64,000 bases of DNA. Source: the human T2T-CHM13v2.0 reference genome, Homo sapiens. Every line of letters starts with the position of its first letter. Within the stretch, counting starts at the first letter, position 1. Positions 1 through 21,076 of this stretch are shown piece by piece. The DNA lies in assembly GCF_009914755.1 (NCBI RefSeq), contig NC_060926.1. One strand, given 5' to 3'. The notes beneath the pieces are model-generated. The model ran no database searches and was not told where the DNA came from. It saw only the letters and a program-made list of their open reading frames with translations. Made by a program: the position numbers and the translations under genes.

Positions 1-704
1 TTAAATCCTCCTAAACATTTTTATTTTTCAGTTGGATATATTAAATATATAAAAATAATTATTTAATTTATTTTAGAGACAGTGTTTCACTCTCTTACCC
101 AAGCTGGAGTGGAATGTGATCATAGCTCACTGCAGCCTCAAGGCTCATTCCTAGGCTTAAGTGATCCTCTTTTTTTTTTTTTGCTAGAGATAGGATCTTG
201 TTATGTTAGCCAGGCTGGAGAAATTTCAACAATATTTTGAACAATAAAAAAAAAATAAATTAGGTTTTATTGTAAAGTGGTATGTTTAAGTTTACGCCAT
301 TCTCCTGCGTAATGCATATTTCATACTCTTCCTACTGATAATGTTTCTGTTCACAACTTTTTCTTTATATTTTGATTTCTTTTCTCTTTTCTTTTTTTTT
401 TTTTTTGAGACAGAGCCTCGCTTTGTCGCCCAGGCTAGAGTGCAGTGGCGCGATCTCGGCTCACTGCTAGCTCCGCCTCCCGGGTTCACGCCATTCTCCT
501 GCCTCAGCTTCCCGAGTAGCTGGGACTACAGGCGCCCGCCACCATGCCCAGCTAATTTTTTGTATTTTTAGTAGAGACGGGGTTTCACTGTGTTAGCCAG
601 GATGGTCTCGATCTCCTGACCTCGTGATCCACCCGCCTCGGCCTCCCAAAGTGCTGGGATTACAGGCGTGAGCCACCGCGCCCGGCACATATTTTGATTT
701 CTAA

Positions 705-1034
<330 letters not shown>

Positions 1035-1128
1035 TGACAGGTCTTTAGTTTGATTTTAGTTCAACAACTGATGCCGTAATATGCCAAATTAAATTAGTTC
1101 AGACTGAAACGGATTACTTAAAGATTCA

Positions 1129-1362
<234 letters not shown>

Positions 1363-1923
1363 TTATCCCAGCACTTTGGGAGGCAGAGGCAGGCGGATCA
1401 CTTGTAGTCAGAAGTTCGCGACCAGCCTGGCCAACATATTAGTGAAACCCCGTCTCTACTAAAAATACAAAAATTAGCTGGGCATAGTGGTGCACGCCTG
1501 TAGTCCCGGGTACTTGGGACGCTGACGCAGGACAATTGCTTGAACTCCAGAGGTGGAGATTGCGGTGGGCCAAGATCACGCCACTGCACGCCAGCCTGGG
1601 CAACAGAGCAAGACTCCATCTCTCAAAAAAAAAAAAAAAAGAAAACTGAGTTTATATTGTTATGGTTCTTATCTATCTTAAATTTTTTCTTTAGGAGATT
1701 GAATATTTTTGTACTTTAGTCTTAATCCAGTGGTTGAAAGAGAGTGCACTTTTGAAGTCTGCCTCTTGGCTGTCCTTGACAACACAAACCTTAGTTCCAA
1801 GAGAATGTAATTCTTCCTCTTTCTCACTGCTTCAAAATATATATGATCAAATAGAAACGAGTTGAATAGGCAGTCTCTTCAAAGGTTTCCTAACTCTGTG
1901 GTTAACTATCAAGGAGCTGGTAA

Positions 1924-2175
<252 letters not shown>

Positions 2176-2496
2176 TAGCCAGTACGGTCTCGATCTCCTG
2201 TCCTCGTGATCCGCCCACCTTGGCCTCCCAAAGTGTTGGGATTACAGGTGTGAGCCACTGCGCCTGGCCTACTTATCTTCTAATTTAACTGAAAACCAAT
2301 TTATTTGATTCAGTGAAATGGCATCAAACTGTAGTAGTGTTAATTGAAATATTTGGTACCTTGAAATGTTAAATGCCAAATTAAATCTCATTTTAATGAA
2401 ATCTCGTGTAAATGTGTTTTATATGGTGACTATGTTTATTCTGAATTTTATTCTTATGGCATACTAAAAAAAAAAAAATTTTTTTTTTTTTTGTAA

Positions 2497-2655
<159 letters not shown>

Positions 2656-3673
2656 TAGGAGAGACAGGGTTTCACCATGTTGGTCAGGCTGATCTCGAAC
2701 TCCTGACCTGAAGTGATCCGCCTGCCTCAGCCTCCCAAAGTGCTGGGATTACAGGTATGACCCACTGCACCCAACCCATACTCAAATTTGACACTGAATT
2801 TTCATAAAGGCCTTAATTTATCTGAAACCAAACTATTTCAAAAGAGGAATAGCACAGCAAATTCTGTTGACTTAATGAGAGGATATGTGAAGTCTATTTA
2901 TTAAAGCAAATATTAATTGGAGGCCAGTTAATTTGTACAGCTCTGCATTTTAGATATTTGAGAAATATTTATTTCCTCTCCAGTGAGATGTGTTAAAACA
3001 TTAGTTATGTGATTAACAAATATGTGTACATACGTATATATGTACATACACATTTTGAGACAGGGCCTTGGTCTGTTGTTCAGGCTGGAGTGCAATGACA
3101 CCATCTTAGCTCATTGAAGCTTCAGCCTCGCAGGCTCAATCGATCCACCCACCTCAGCCTCCCTAGTAGCTGGGTCTACAGACATATACCACCATGCTTG
3201 GCTGATTTTTTAATTTTTTGTAGAGATGGTGATCTTGCCCTGTTGACTAAGTTGGTAAATATTTTAATTGTTGAACTTTCTTGGAAGACTGAAAACCTGT
3301 GATAGCCATTTTATATAAGGAGAAGCTGAAGTTCAAAGAGTAGACTCATAGCAGAAACAAAAATAGAATTTAAGTGAATGGACTCAAAATATTGTACTTT
3401 TTACTTTATACTGCAGGTTTTTATGTTGTAATGCTGGTAATGAGCTCCTTGGAATATTTGGAGGAAAAGAGAAGGTTGTAATAATGGTTCTTTGGATTTA
3501 CTAGAACATATCATGTTCTGCATGGCTCCTGTGGGTAGACAAGCCGGAAATCTCCTGGGTAACACAATGGTGGAGGTTCTCTAGGTGACGTTTGATTTCT
3601 CAAGTACGTAGGACTAAACAGAAAAGGCCTAGTATGTTATATGAATGAGAGATCAAGTTTCTCAGGATATTCT

Positions 3674-3810
3674 AGGGCTAAAGGATCAGGCATCGAAGAC
3701 AGAAATTGTCTAAATAAAATTTTTTCTATTCATAGTTTTAAAGGGCTAAAGGGTCAGGCATTGAAGACAGAAATTGTCTAAGTAAAATATTTTTCTGTTC
3801 ATAGTTTTAA
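3674..3810. repeat. ~68-bp tandem duplication, 2 diverged copies
   Basis: agggctaaagg.tcaggcat.gaagacagaaattgtcta...catagttttaa twice. Confidence 0.9.
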
Positions 3811-3847
3811 GCTGTGTATATGTGCATGTGTGTATTTAAAATAACTT

Positions 3848-5040
<1,193 letters not shown>

Positions 5041-6327
5041 GGTTTATAAAAAGTTAATGAAAATTATCATATTTCATAATTCTATATAATTCAATATTGT
5101 ACTTTATTTAAAACTCACGTATAAAATAGCTGTCCATATCTGTTTTCAGAAGATGAGGATGGAGGGTAGAAATCAGAAGTGTCAGATTTGGTAATTTTCT
5201 TACACTGCTGAAAACCTATACCTACCACTTTGAAAGGATTAATTTCAGACTTGCTTTCTTTGGGCCTAATGATTCTACTTTGAAGTTTCTCTGATTAAAC
5301 TAAGGAATAAATCTGATAAATGGACATTCAGATGATACCATACTTTTCCAAAAGATAACATTGCTTTTGATTACATATGCAATAAACATTTCACATTTTT
5401 TCTCAAGATTATTTACTGGCATCTGCACCAAAGACACAAAAAAGCAGCCACTGTTAAGGACTTTATCCCTTGTTCTGTTTTTAGCTGGTTTGTTGTTGTT
5501 GTATTTTTCCTCATGTTGAATACAGTTAAACCCTATTAAACTGGATTCCCCATATTACTGTTAGTTGTCCTGATGACAATTAAGGATAGTTAGTAAATGG
5601 ATATTGAATCATTTTATTTTTTTAGTAGTGATGGCGTTTCGCTGTGTTGGCCAGGTTGGTCTCGAACTCCTGGCCTCAAGTGATCTGCCTGTGTTGGCCC
5701 CTCAAAGTGTTAGGATTACAGGCGTGAGCCACTGCACCTGGCTGGATATTGAATTATTGAAGAAGGATGTTCCCTAACACTTCCTGCCTCTTTTCCGCTG
5801 TCTTACTCTCTCTGTTCCACCCAGTAGTAGTTGGGTTTTTGATGTCTGGCAAAGTATAGATTGTCTACTCTTCTATATTAGTTTTCTTCACTCTTTTTTT
5901 TAAAAATGTTTTTAAAGCAAGATAGAGACAGGGTCTTGCCGTATTGCCCAGGCTGGTCTTGAACTCCTGAGCTCAAGCAATCCTCCCACCTCACCCCATA
6001 AAGTGCGGAGATTACAGGCATGAGCCACCATGCCTGGCCAGTTTTCTTCACTCTTGACCTATAATAGTCCTGCAAAGCCAGTGAAGCTGTTAATATGCTG
6101 ACGTAGCCTTTTTTTCTCTCGTTTGTGAATTATTAACAATCGCTGATCTTACACATCATATACAATAAAACATCTTTGAACACTGTCACATCTCAGCAGC
6201 TCATTCTGGTTAATGAGGAAAGAAAAATGTCAAAATCTGTGATTTTCTTAGAGGTTATTAAATGTTTTACAGCTATGTAGATATTCTGTAGACTTGCTGT
6301 ACTTACTTACATAACTTTTCTGCTCTT

Positions 6328-6900
6328 CTGCAGAGGGAGAGAATTAACTTCATAAGTGGGCTTTGTCAATGCCCTCCAGTCAGCGATCTCCAGGAACAAA
6401 CTTATCTATGGTTGAGCAAGTGGGGTTTATTACCCACTGTAGCCAGGGAGAACACACATATGTAATAACCATGGTATGTCATAGTAAAGGGTGTTAGGAA
6501 GATAGGATTTGGGCTCGTTTATTTGGTGATTTTAAGGAGGGTTTAAAGAAGCAGGGTTTTGCTCTGATTTGGATGCTACCAGGAGCTGCGAATAATTCTA
6601 TGAATAAATATCATAAAACCTATCTAGAAGAAAAGACTAGAGTGAGGTCTAAAGCTGTAGTAGTTAAAAAGCAAAGGTCACTCCTTATCTGGAAAAGGGG
6701 AATATTTGGTATTTCATGGTTTAGACAGTGTTCAGTGTTCATGTTTTGCCTGTGTTTAGACATAATTGTAGAGTGGTCTTGTTCCACCGTGGTCACAGAG
6801 TGGCATTATTTCATGCTGATATTCTGTAAGTGCCAGGTCAAATACCAAGGTTTAGCTGATAGTAGTAGGCCAGCTCCTGGATGTAATAAGCTGTTTTTCT
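6328..6900. mobile_element. Probable old LTR remnant, subfamily not determined
   Basis: LTR-like segment gggtttattacccactgtagccagggagaacacac; recognition by eye only. Confidence 0.35.
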
Positions 6901-7670
6901 CTTTCTCAGCTTTTTTTTTTGTTGTTTTTTTTTTAAAATAGAGTCTGGCTCTGTCACCCAGGCTGGAGTTCAGTGGGGGCAATCTCAGCTCACGGCAGCC
7001 TCTGCCTCCTGGATTCAAGCGACTCTCCTGCCTCAGCCTCCCAACTAGCTGGAATTACAGGCGCAAGTCACCACACCCGGCTAATTTTTGTATTTTTAGT
7101 AGAGACGGGGTTTCACCATGTTGAGCAGGCTGGTCTCGAACTCCGGACCTCAAGCAATCCATCTGCCTCAGCCTCCCAAAGTGCTGAGATTACAGGCATG
7201 AGTCACTGCACCTGGCCTGTTTCTTAGATTTGAGGGTCAACTTTTACCCTTTTCGAACTGTGGGGCTTCTTATGGAAATTGACATTTAAGTCCTGACCAT
7301 ATAGGATCTTGGGCAAGTTACTTAACTATGTATGCTGAGATGTTTTTTTAAATGCTTAGTGCTTGCACATAATAGGTACTCAGTAAATGAGAACTATTAT
7401 TATAAAATCAATAGTACTTTTAAGATTACAGCTAGAGGTTATGTTAGAACATTGTTAACTCTTCGTACTAGTTTCTGTTACACTTTTTAGGATGCAGTAG
7501 CAGCATAAACGAGATATGGGGAAGAACGAGAGGTATTTAAACAGTGATATAGGCCGGGCGTGGTGGCTCACGCTTGTAATCCCAGCACTTTGGGAGGCTG
7601 AGGTGGGCAGATTACGAGGTCAGGAGATTGAGACCATCCTGGCTAACACGGTGAAACCCCATCTCTACTA

Positions 7671-7856
<186 letters not shown>

Positions 7857-7924
7857 TTAAAACAAAAATATTTGTGTTAATTGTGATGACAAAAAAAAAA
7901 AAAGAGATGAAAGTCTCTCCCTAA

Positions 7925-8288
<364 letters not shown>

Positions 8289-9253
8289 TAATGAAAAATT
8301 CAAAATGCTTTTTTTTTTTTTTTTTTTTTTTTGAGACAGAGTCTCGCTCTGTCGCCCAGGCTGAAGTGCAGTGGTGTGATCTCGGCTCACTGCAACCTCT
8401 GCCTCCCAGGTTGAAGTGATTCTCCTGCCTCAGCCTCTCGAACAGCTGAGATTACAGGTACGCGCCACCACGCCTGGCTAATTTTTGTATTTTTAATAGA
8501 GATGGGGTTTTGTCATGTTGTCCAGGCTAGCCTTGAACTCCTCGCCTCGTGTGATCCACCTGCCTTGGCCTCCCAAAGTGCTAGGATTATAGGCGTGAGT
8601 CGCTGCACCTGGCCACAGAAATTTTTTGAAGAAGATAAATAAGGTGACATTTTTAAGGGTCAAAGAAAATGTCAAAAACTAGAATGATGTCTTTACATAG
8701 GGTTTAAAACTTTCCAAATTAACAGGGAAAATAATTCTTTACCTTGAAAATAAATGTTTGCTAGTGAAAGCAAATACAATCTTTTTACTAAATGTTTTAT
8801 TAAATTTTTTTTTCTTGTAGACACAGGGTCCTACTGTATTACCCAGGCTGGTCTTGAATGCCTGGCCTCAAGCAATCCTCCTACCTCAGTCTTCCAAAGT
8901 GCTGGGACTACAGACATGAGCCATCACACTGGGTCTTTTTTACCAAATTATAGTAGAAAGCACTTTTTCTCTAATAGTGAACTATGAGAGAATTAATCAG
9001 GGGCTATTAGTAATTCATCCCTGAATTAATCAGTGATTATAATGCTTTGTGGTCCATGTAGTTTGCTGGGGATTAACACACCATGAAAGTCTACCAGGAG
9101 ATTTTTTTTTTTCTTTGAGAACAGGGGCCATAATCAGTAGTCCTTAAATGAAATGGACTATTCCCATTTCATTATATGTTGCCTAGGCTGGACTCGAGCT
9201 CCTTGGCTTAAGTGATCTTCCCACTTCAGACTCTCAAGCAGCTGGGACTATAG

Positions 9254-9524
<271 letters not shown>

Positions 9525-10162
9525 TGATCCACACACCTTGGCCTCCCAAAGTGCTGGGATTATAGGCGTGAGCCACCGCGCCCGGCTTTAATTGAGATTT
9601 TTAGATATCTATTACTCTGCTAATTTTGTCACTTGCAAGTTGCCATCAGAAAATTGTAGGAAAATGGATATATTTGTTCCTTGGAATGGTTTGTGTGAGA
9701 ATACTTAAGGATTAAATAGATAAGTAAAACTGGTGGGCTTTATATAACATAGATGAGCAAATGTCAGGAACATACAACTGTGCACACAGTTCAGGAGAAG
9801 GAGGATTTAAGTTAATCAACAAATTTACTAAGTATAATAAAGATACTAAAAGTAGTGTTTCCATACCACTTTATTACTTAAAGTATCATCATATACCCTA
9901 TTTTATATGATTTTTGCCACAAGTCAGAGTTAGGTAAAAGAAATACTTGCTTTTCAGGTAAGGAGTTTGACGCCCAGACAGATTAACTGACTTTTCCAAA
10001 ATCATATTGCTATTAAATGGTGGAACAAGGACTTAAAGCTTTGCCTTCTAACTCACATACTTGCAAACACATATCCTCTCACTCTACCCCAAGCTACCCA
10101 TGTTTTGACCCTTCTTGTGGCAATCTGGGTCTCACTAATATTTGAAAGAAAACGTACAGTAG

Positions 10163-10645
<483 letters not shown>

Positions 10646-12254
10646 CCCCATTTCTTTTTCACTGCAACCTTTGCCTCCCAGGTTCAAGTGATTGTCGTGC
10701 CTCAGCCTCCCAAGTAGCTTGGGATTACAGGCATGTGCCACCATGCCTGGCTAATTTTTGTATTTTTTGGTAGAGATGGAGTTTCTGGCCAAGCTGGCCA
10801 GGCTGGTCTCGAACGCCTAGCCTCAAGTGATCTACCCTCCTTAGCCTCCCAAAGTGCTGGGATTACAGGTGTGAGCCACTGTGCCCGGCCCCATTTCTAC
10901 AACAATTAAAAAATATTAGCCCAGTGTAGTGGTGCATGTCTCTAGTCCCAGCTACTCAGAAGGCTGAAGTGAAAGGATTGCTTGAGCCCAGAATTTCAAG
11001 GCTACAGTGAGCTATGATAATGGCATTGCACTCCAGCTTGGGTGACAGAGTGAGACCCTGTCTCTAAAAAATGAAGTAAAATAGTGCACAAGTATAGAAC
11101 TTGAAAAACTTCCTTAACCTTACCATAAGGGAAATGATTACTAATAAGTTTCTTAACTTTTTGTACTTACATAAACATAAATATTCATCAGAGAAAAAAA
11201 TATGCAAAACAATTTGCAATCTTTTTCACTTACCATATTTTGGAATTTTTTTCATTTCAATATATTTGATCTTCCTTGTGTTTTTTCAGTTTGTTTGTTT
11301 TTGTCACCCAGGTTGGAGTGAAGTGGTAAGAACATGGCTTATTGCAGCCTCAATCTCCTGCTCCCATTCAGCCCCTCAAGTAGCTGGGACTACAGGTACA
11401 TGTCACCACGCCCAGCTAATTTTTATTTTTATTTTGGTAGAGATGGGGTTTCACCATGTTGCCCAGGCTGATCTTGAATTCCTGGGCTCAAGTGACCCGC
11501 CCACCTCAGCCTCCCGAAGTGTTGAGAGAACAGGTGTGAACCACCATGCTCCACCTCTTAGTCTTTACAATCTGCAAAACCTCATAAGTGGCTAATAGAG
11601 GAATATAGTAAAGCAAAGGGGGATATCACTGATTAGAACTGTGTTTTTAGGCTGGGTGCGGTGGCTCACGCCTGTAATCGCAACATTTTGGGAGGCTAAG
11701 TGGGAGTATCACTTGAGCCCGGGAGTTCAAGACCAGCCTGGGCAATATAGTGAGAGACCCTGTCTTTAGAAAAAAATTAACCAGGTGTGGTGGTGCACAC
11801 CTGTGGTCCCAGCTATTCAAGAGGCTGAGGTGGGAGAATCGCTTAAGCCTAGGAGGCGGAGGTTGCAGTGAGATCATACCACTGCTCTCTAGCATGGGTG
11901 ACAGAGCGAGACCCAGTCTAAAAAAAAAAAGTATTTTTTCGTTTTTTTCCAACTCATGTACACCCGCCACCCCACCCCTGCTTTTTTTTTTTCTGACATT
12001 GGATCTTGCTCTGTCACCCAGGCTAGAGTGCAGTAGCACAATCTCAACTCACTGCAGCCTCCTCTTCCTGGACTCAAGCAGTCCTACCACCTCAGCCTCC
12101 CAAGTAGCTGGGACCACAGGTGTGCACCATCATGCCTGGCTAATTTTTGTACTTTTTGTAGAGATAGGGTTTCACCATGTGGTTCACCATCTCTAACTCC
12201 TGGGCTCAGTCAGTCCACTTTTGCCTCGGCATGAGCCACTGTGTGCAGCCCACG

Positions 12255-12715
12255 TTTTTTATTAATGGATATTTGGATTGTTTCCATCTATTGTGAATAA
12301 TGTGGCTGTGAACATTGGTCTAAATATCTGTTTAAGTCCCGGCTTTCAGTACTTTTGGATATATACCTAGGAGTAGAATTACTGAATTATATGGTAACTT
12401 TCTGTTTAAATTTTTGAACTGCCAACCTGTTTTCCATAGGGGCTGCACCATTTTGCATTCCCACCAGCAGTGTACAAGGGTTCCAGTTTCTCCACATTTG
12501 TTATTTTTCATTTTTTAAAATAATAGTCATCCTAAAGGGTATGAAGTGGTATCTCGTTGTGATTTTGATTTGCATGTATTTTTCTAATGACTTATGATGC
12601 TCAGCATTTTGTCATGTACTTATGTACCATTTGTGTATCTTCTTTGGAAAAATGTCTATTAATGTTCTTTTCCCATTTTTTAATTGGGTTGTTTTTATGT
12701 TTATCAATTTTGTAA
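12255..12715 (-). mobile_element. Old L1M (L1MB-like) fragment
   Basis: ttttggatatatacctaggagtagaattactg... cattcccaccagcagtgtacaagggttccagtttctccaca. Confidence 0.75.
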
Positions 12716-13219
12716 ACATTTTAAGCTCTGCAGCATAACTACTCAACCCTGTCACATGGTAAGATTGACCCAGTAAAACTTTATGTACAAAAATAGGCAG
12801 CTTACTAGATTTAATCTTAGTCCATAGTTTGCTAAGGCATGCATTAGATAATGTAGTTACACTATTGGCTGATAATGTAGTTACACTATTGGCTAATAAT
12901 TTAAACTACAAGTGGTTGTAAGTTTCTGCCACCCAAATTCTTTCTTGATTTGATGTAGTCTGGTTGGTTGAATTTGAGTGTTATATGGGGTCATAGAGTT
13001 AAAAGAGAAATGTCTATGAGAAACTAGGGACTGTTGGGAGCTAAATGTTAAAGGATTTTGGAGGCCTTTTGTGCACTGGAGACCATTGGAAGATTGGATT
13101 TTCTGCTATAAATGTATCTAAAGGATAATCAGTGTAAGTTATGGGCTGTAGTTTGCCAACCCCTACATTAAGGGATTGAAATAATTTGAATATGGGTTTC
13201 AGTTCTTGTATGGTCTGGC

Positions 13220-13255
<36 letters not shown>

Positions 13256-13776
13256 GAGATGGAGTCTCACTCTGTTGCCCAAGCTGCAGTGCCATGGCAC
13301 GATCTCAGCTCGCTGCAACCTCCGCCTCCTGGCTTCAAGTGATTCTCCTGCCTCAGCCTCCAGAGTAGCTAGGACTACAGGCACGTGCCACCACATCTGG
13401 CTAATTTTTTTTTTTTTCAAGACAGAGTTTCGCTCTTGTCACCCAGCCTGGAGTGCAATGGCACGATCTTGGCTCACCGCAGCCTCTGCCTCCTGGGTTC
13501 AAGTGATTCTCCTGCCTCAGCCTCCCAAATAGCTGAGGCAACAGGCGTGCGCCACCACGCCTAGCTAATTTTTCTGTTTTTAGTAGAGATGGGGTTTCAC
13601 CATCTTGGCCAGGCTGGTCTCGAACTCCTGATCTCATGATCCACCCGCCTCAGCCTCCCAAAGTGCTGGGATTACAGGCGTGAGCCACCTCACCTGGCGT
13701 TTTTTTGTGTGTGTTTTCAGTAGAGATGGGGCTTCACTGTATTAGCCAGAATGGTCTTGATCTCCTGACCTCGTGA

Positions 13777-13935
<159 letters not shown>

Positions 13936-13998
13936 TAGTTGCATGAGTCCACTGAAAGCTTTGCTTATTTTCTCCACCACTTTCAGAGTTCACAGTCA

Positions 13999-14310
<312 letters not shown>

Positions 14311-14823
14311 TTATATTTCGATAATTTTTAAAATAATAACCATCCTAATGGGCTTGATATGGTCCCTCCTTTCTAAATTTTGGTAATTTTCATTGTTTTG
14401 GAAACTCACTAATCCCTTCAAACAGATGTTTTTAAAACTTTTTTTCTAGTTCTCTCTCTTTTTTTTTTTTTTTTTTTTTTGAGACAGGGTCTCTCTCAGT
14501 GGTGCGACCTCCCTTACTGCAACCTCTCCCTCCTGGGTTCAAGCAGCGATTCTCCTGCCTCAGCCTCCCAAATAGCTGGGAGTACAGGCACCCACCCCCA
14601 CGCCCAGCTAATGTTTGTATTTTTAGTAGAGATTGGGTTTCATCATGTTGGCCAGGCTGGTCTCGAACTCCTGACCCCAGGTGATCCGCCTGCCTCAGCC
14701 TTCCAAAGTGCTGGGATTACAGCCATGAGCCACCGCACCTGGCTCTAGTTCTCTTCTAATCTTACTATGGTAATCAAAATTTTAGTGCTGATGTTATAAT
14801 CCAAGCCCAAATGGATATTCTTA

Positions 14824-15180
<357 letters not shown>

Positions 15181-15189
15181 TTATCTTCA

Positions 15190-16080
<891 letters not shown>

Positions 16081-16106
16081 GCAATACTTATATTTGACTC
16101 TGCCTA

Positions 16107-16176
16107 CTATATATATATATATATTTTTATGCTATATATAGAGTATATATATTTTTATACTATATATATTTATATA

Positions 16177-16229
<53 letters not shown>

Positions 16230-16232
16230 TTT
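16107..16232. repeat. Interrupted (TA)n tract followed by T21 of an Alu tail
   Basis: Seen directly. Confidence 0.9.
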
Positions 16233-17823
16233 TGAGATGAAGTCATGCTCTGTTGACCAGGCTGGATGCAGTGGCATGATCTTGGCTTACCGCAACCTCA
16301 ACCTCTGCCTCCCAGGTTCAAGTGATTCTCCTGCCTCAGCTTCCTGAGTAGCTGGGACTACAGACACATGCCACCATGCCCGGCTAATTTTTGTATTTTT
16401 AGTAGAGGTGGAGTTTCGCCATGTTGTCCAGGCTGGTCTTCAACTCCTGACCTCAGGTGATCCACCCGCTTCAGCCTCCCAAAAGTGCTGGGATTACAGG
16501 CATGACCCACCGTGCCCAGCTGGAATAAGCAATCTTAAAAAGCAGTTTGTTGATTTCTGGTGAATAGAGAAAATGTGACAAACTATGACTCAATAGTTTC
16601 ATTTCTTTTTTGTTTGTTTGTTTGTTTTTTTGAGACAGAGTCTTGCTCTGTCACCCAGGCTGGCGTGCAGTGGCTCACTGCAAGCTCTGCTTCCTGGGTT
16701 CACGCCATTCTCCTGCCTCAGCCTCCGGAGTAGCTGGGACTACAGGCGCCCGCCACCATGCCTGGCTAATTTGTTTTTTGTATTTTTAGTAGAGACAGGG
16801 TTTCACTGTGTTAGCCAGGATGGTCTCGATCTCCTGACCTCGTGATCCACCCGTCTCGGCCTCCCAAAGTGCTGGGATTACAGGCATGAGCCACCGCCCC
16901 TGGCCTACTTTTATTTCTTAAGCATATATCTTAAAGAAACTGCAGGTATGCATTAGGGGACAGGTAGAAAAATGTTACAGCATTGTTTGAAATGTTGAAA
17001 AACTGGAAACAACCTCAATATCTTAATAATAGAAAAAATGGTTGAGGCTGGCTGTGGTGGTTCATGCCTGTAATCCTAGCACTTTTGGAGGCTGAGGCGG
17101 GCGGATCACCTGAGGTCGGGAGTTTGAGTCCAGCCTGGCCAACATGGTGAAACCCCGTCTCTACTAAAAATACAAAAAATTAGGCAGGTGTGGTGGTGCA
17201 CACCTGTAATCCCAGCTACTTGGGAGGCTGAGGCACAAGAATCACTTGAGCCTGGGAAATGGAGGTTGTAGTGAGCCGAGATCATGCCTACTGCACTCCA
17301 GCCTGGGCAATAGAGTGAGACTCCGTCTCAAAAAAAAAAAAAAAAAAAAAGGGAAGGAGCATGGGAATGGGAAGAGGCACTAAAAAAGGAACTTCTTTTG
17401 TATCTGTTACATTGTACTCATTTTGTTTTTAAAATTTTAAGCCAAATATGACATTGTTATCACTTTTGTTGCCACTCAGAATACAAGTGCTATTACACTA
17501 TTTTCTATAATTTTCCCTTTTTCAAACTAAAAAACAAAAATACATGTAAACAGGTGTTTTCTTTATGGAAAACAGGAAGGTGAGCATCCAAATAATTTTA
17601 GTTAATTTATAACAAACTCTTAATAATTTCTTTTTCTTCTTCTTCTTTTTTTTTTTTTTTTTTTTGAGTCAGGGTCTTGCTCTTTTGCTCAGGTTAGAGT
17701 GCAATGGTACAATCTGGTACAATCACATCTTAGTGCAACTTCTACCTCTTCAGCTCAAGTGACCTCTCTCCTCAGTCCCCCAAGTAGATGGGACCACAGA
17801 TGTGTATCCCCAATCATGGTTAA

Positions 17824-18051
<228 letters not shown>

Positions 18052-18262
18052 TAAGAAATTGACCTGTTTAAGGGGATGAATATGGTTAGTTATTTTCAGG
18101 GTGAAGAAACAGAAGAATCGGGGAGGTAGTACATAGTCATAAGGAGACGGCATTTCTTAGTCACTTTGTGTGGTGTTTATAATAAGACTTCATGTGGCCA
18201 GGTGCGGTGGCTCGTGAGCGCCTGTAATCCCAGCACTTTGGGAGGCCGAGGTGGGAGGATCA

Positions 18263-18479
<217 letters not shown>

Positions 18480-18599
18480 CTAAATAAATAAATAAATAAA
18501 TAAATAGACTTCGTCTGTTTCATCAAGAGTCATTGTATTATATTGATTTTGAAATTTCAAATAATAATAAGGAATAGTATGGAAATTTTTGTTTGATTA

Positions 18600-18749
<150 letters not shown>

Positions 18750-19034
18750 TTAGCTAAGTGTGGTGGCACATGCCTGTAGTCTTAGCTACTCGGGAGGCCA
18801 AGGGAAGAGGATGGATCACTTGAGCCCAGGAGTTGGAGGGTGCAGTGAGCTAGGATTGTGCCCCTGCACTCTAGTGTGGGTGACAGCAAGACTCTGTTTA
18901 AAAAAAAAAAAAAATGAGGCCGGGCGCGGTGGCTCACCTCTGTAATCTGAGCACTTTGAGAGGCCAAGGCGGGTGGATCACCTGAGTTCAAGATCAGCCT
19001 GGCCAACATGGTGAAAACCCCGTCTTTATACTTA

Positions 19035-19214
<180 letters not shown>

Positions 19215-19870
19215 CTAAGAAGTTAATTTTCATTCAGACAAATGTTCAAAAATAATAGAAATAAAACAAAAAATTAATTTTCAAATATGTGATTTGAGTA
19301 TAACGATCACTTTACAGAAGTTATTCTACATACTTTTTGATTATGCTGAGTTTTTAGGTCCTTTTAAAGCTTAACTTGTATCAGGAATTAATGTTTTAAA
19401 CTAGTTGTTGGGTTCAAAGAAAATAGAAATGTGTTATTAAATGCCACACTTGTAATCTCATACAGCAGTTCTCATGATGCAATCAATTGTTAAATAAAAA
19501 CTTCCTCTAGAGAGGAGGTACCCAGCAATGAACACATTATATCAGATTTGAATATGAGATTAAACAATGCTTTTTGTTTCATTGTTATTGAAATCATATT
19601 TGTATTTTTCAAAAGTATATATACTTAAAAATTCCTAAATAAAATGTCTTTCTGTAATACAGCATTTTAGGTTATAAGGATCAATACCATGGGCTGATAA
19701 GCAAAATAGGACTCACGGCCCCAAAATGTTGATAAACATCATGACCATATTCCCCATAATGGAGTTACATATACACATTACAATGATAAAAATACTAAGA
19801 AGTTATATAGTAATGTTTCTCAGACTTGTTCACAACCCTGTTTTTTATGTATTACCTCTCAACAGCATGA

Positions 19871-20050
<180 letters not shown>

Positions 20051-20112
20051 TGATATATTCACATGATCGTCCAGATTTCAGATCTATTTATTTATTTATT
20101 TATTTTTCTTTC

Positions 20113-20148
<36 letters not shown>

Positions 20149-20151
20149 TGA

Positions 20152-20292
<141 letters not shown>

Positions 20293-20750
20293 TAGCTAAT
20301 TATTATTATTATTATTATTATTATTACTAGTTTTTGAGACAGAGTCTCGCTCTTTTGCCCAGGCTGTAGTGCAATGGTGCAATCTCGGCTCACTGCAATC
20401 TCCGCCTCCCGGATTCAGGCTATTTATTCTCCTGCCTGAGACTCCTGAGTAGCTGGGATTACAGGTGCATGCCACCGTGCCCAGCTAATTTTTGTATTTT
20501 TAGTGAAGATGGGGTTTTGCCACGTTGGCCAGGCTGGTTTCGAACTCCTGATCTCAAGTGATCTGCCCACCTCAGCCTCCCAAAGTGGTGGGAGTACAGG
20601 CATGAGCCACTGTGGGCCACACTTAGCTAATTAAAAAAAATTTTTTTGTAGAGACAGGGTCTCACTGTGTTTCTGTGACTGATCTTAAACTTCTGGCCTC
20701 AAGTGATCCTCCTGCCTCAGCTTTCCAAAGTTGTGGGATTACAGGCATGA

Positions 20751-20915
<165 letters not shown>

Positions 20916-20917
20916 TA

Positions 20918-21076
<159 letters not shown>

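Noticed and set aside
3503-3519. AGAACA-tatca-TGTTCT palindrome
   Set aside because: Spacer is 5 nt, not the 3 nt needed for a steroid response element
6573-6941. 122-aa ORF outside Alu sequence
   Set aside because: Non-ATG start, low-complexity end, lies in a probable LTR remnant, no recognisable domain
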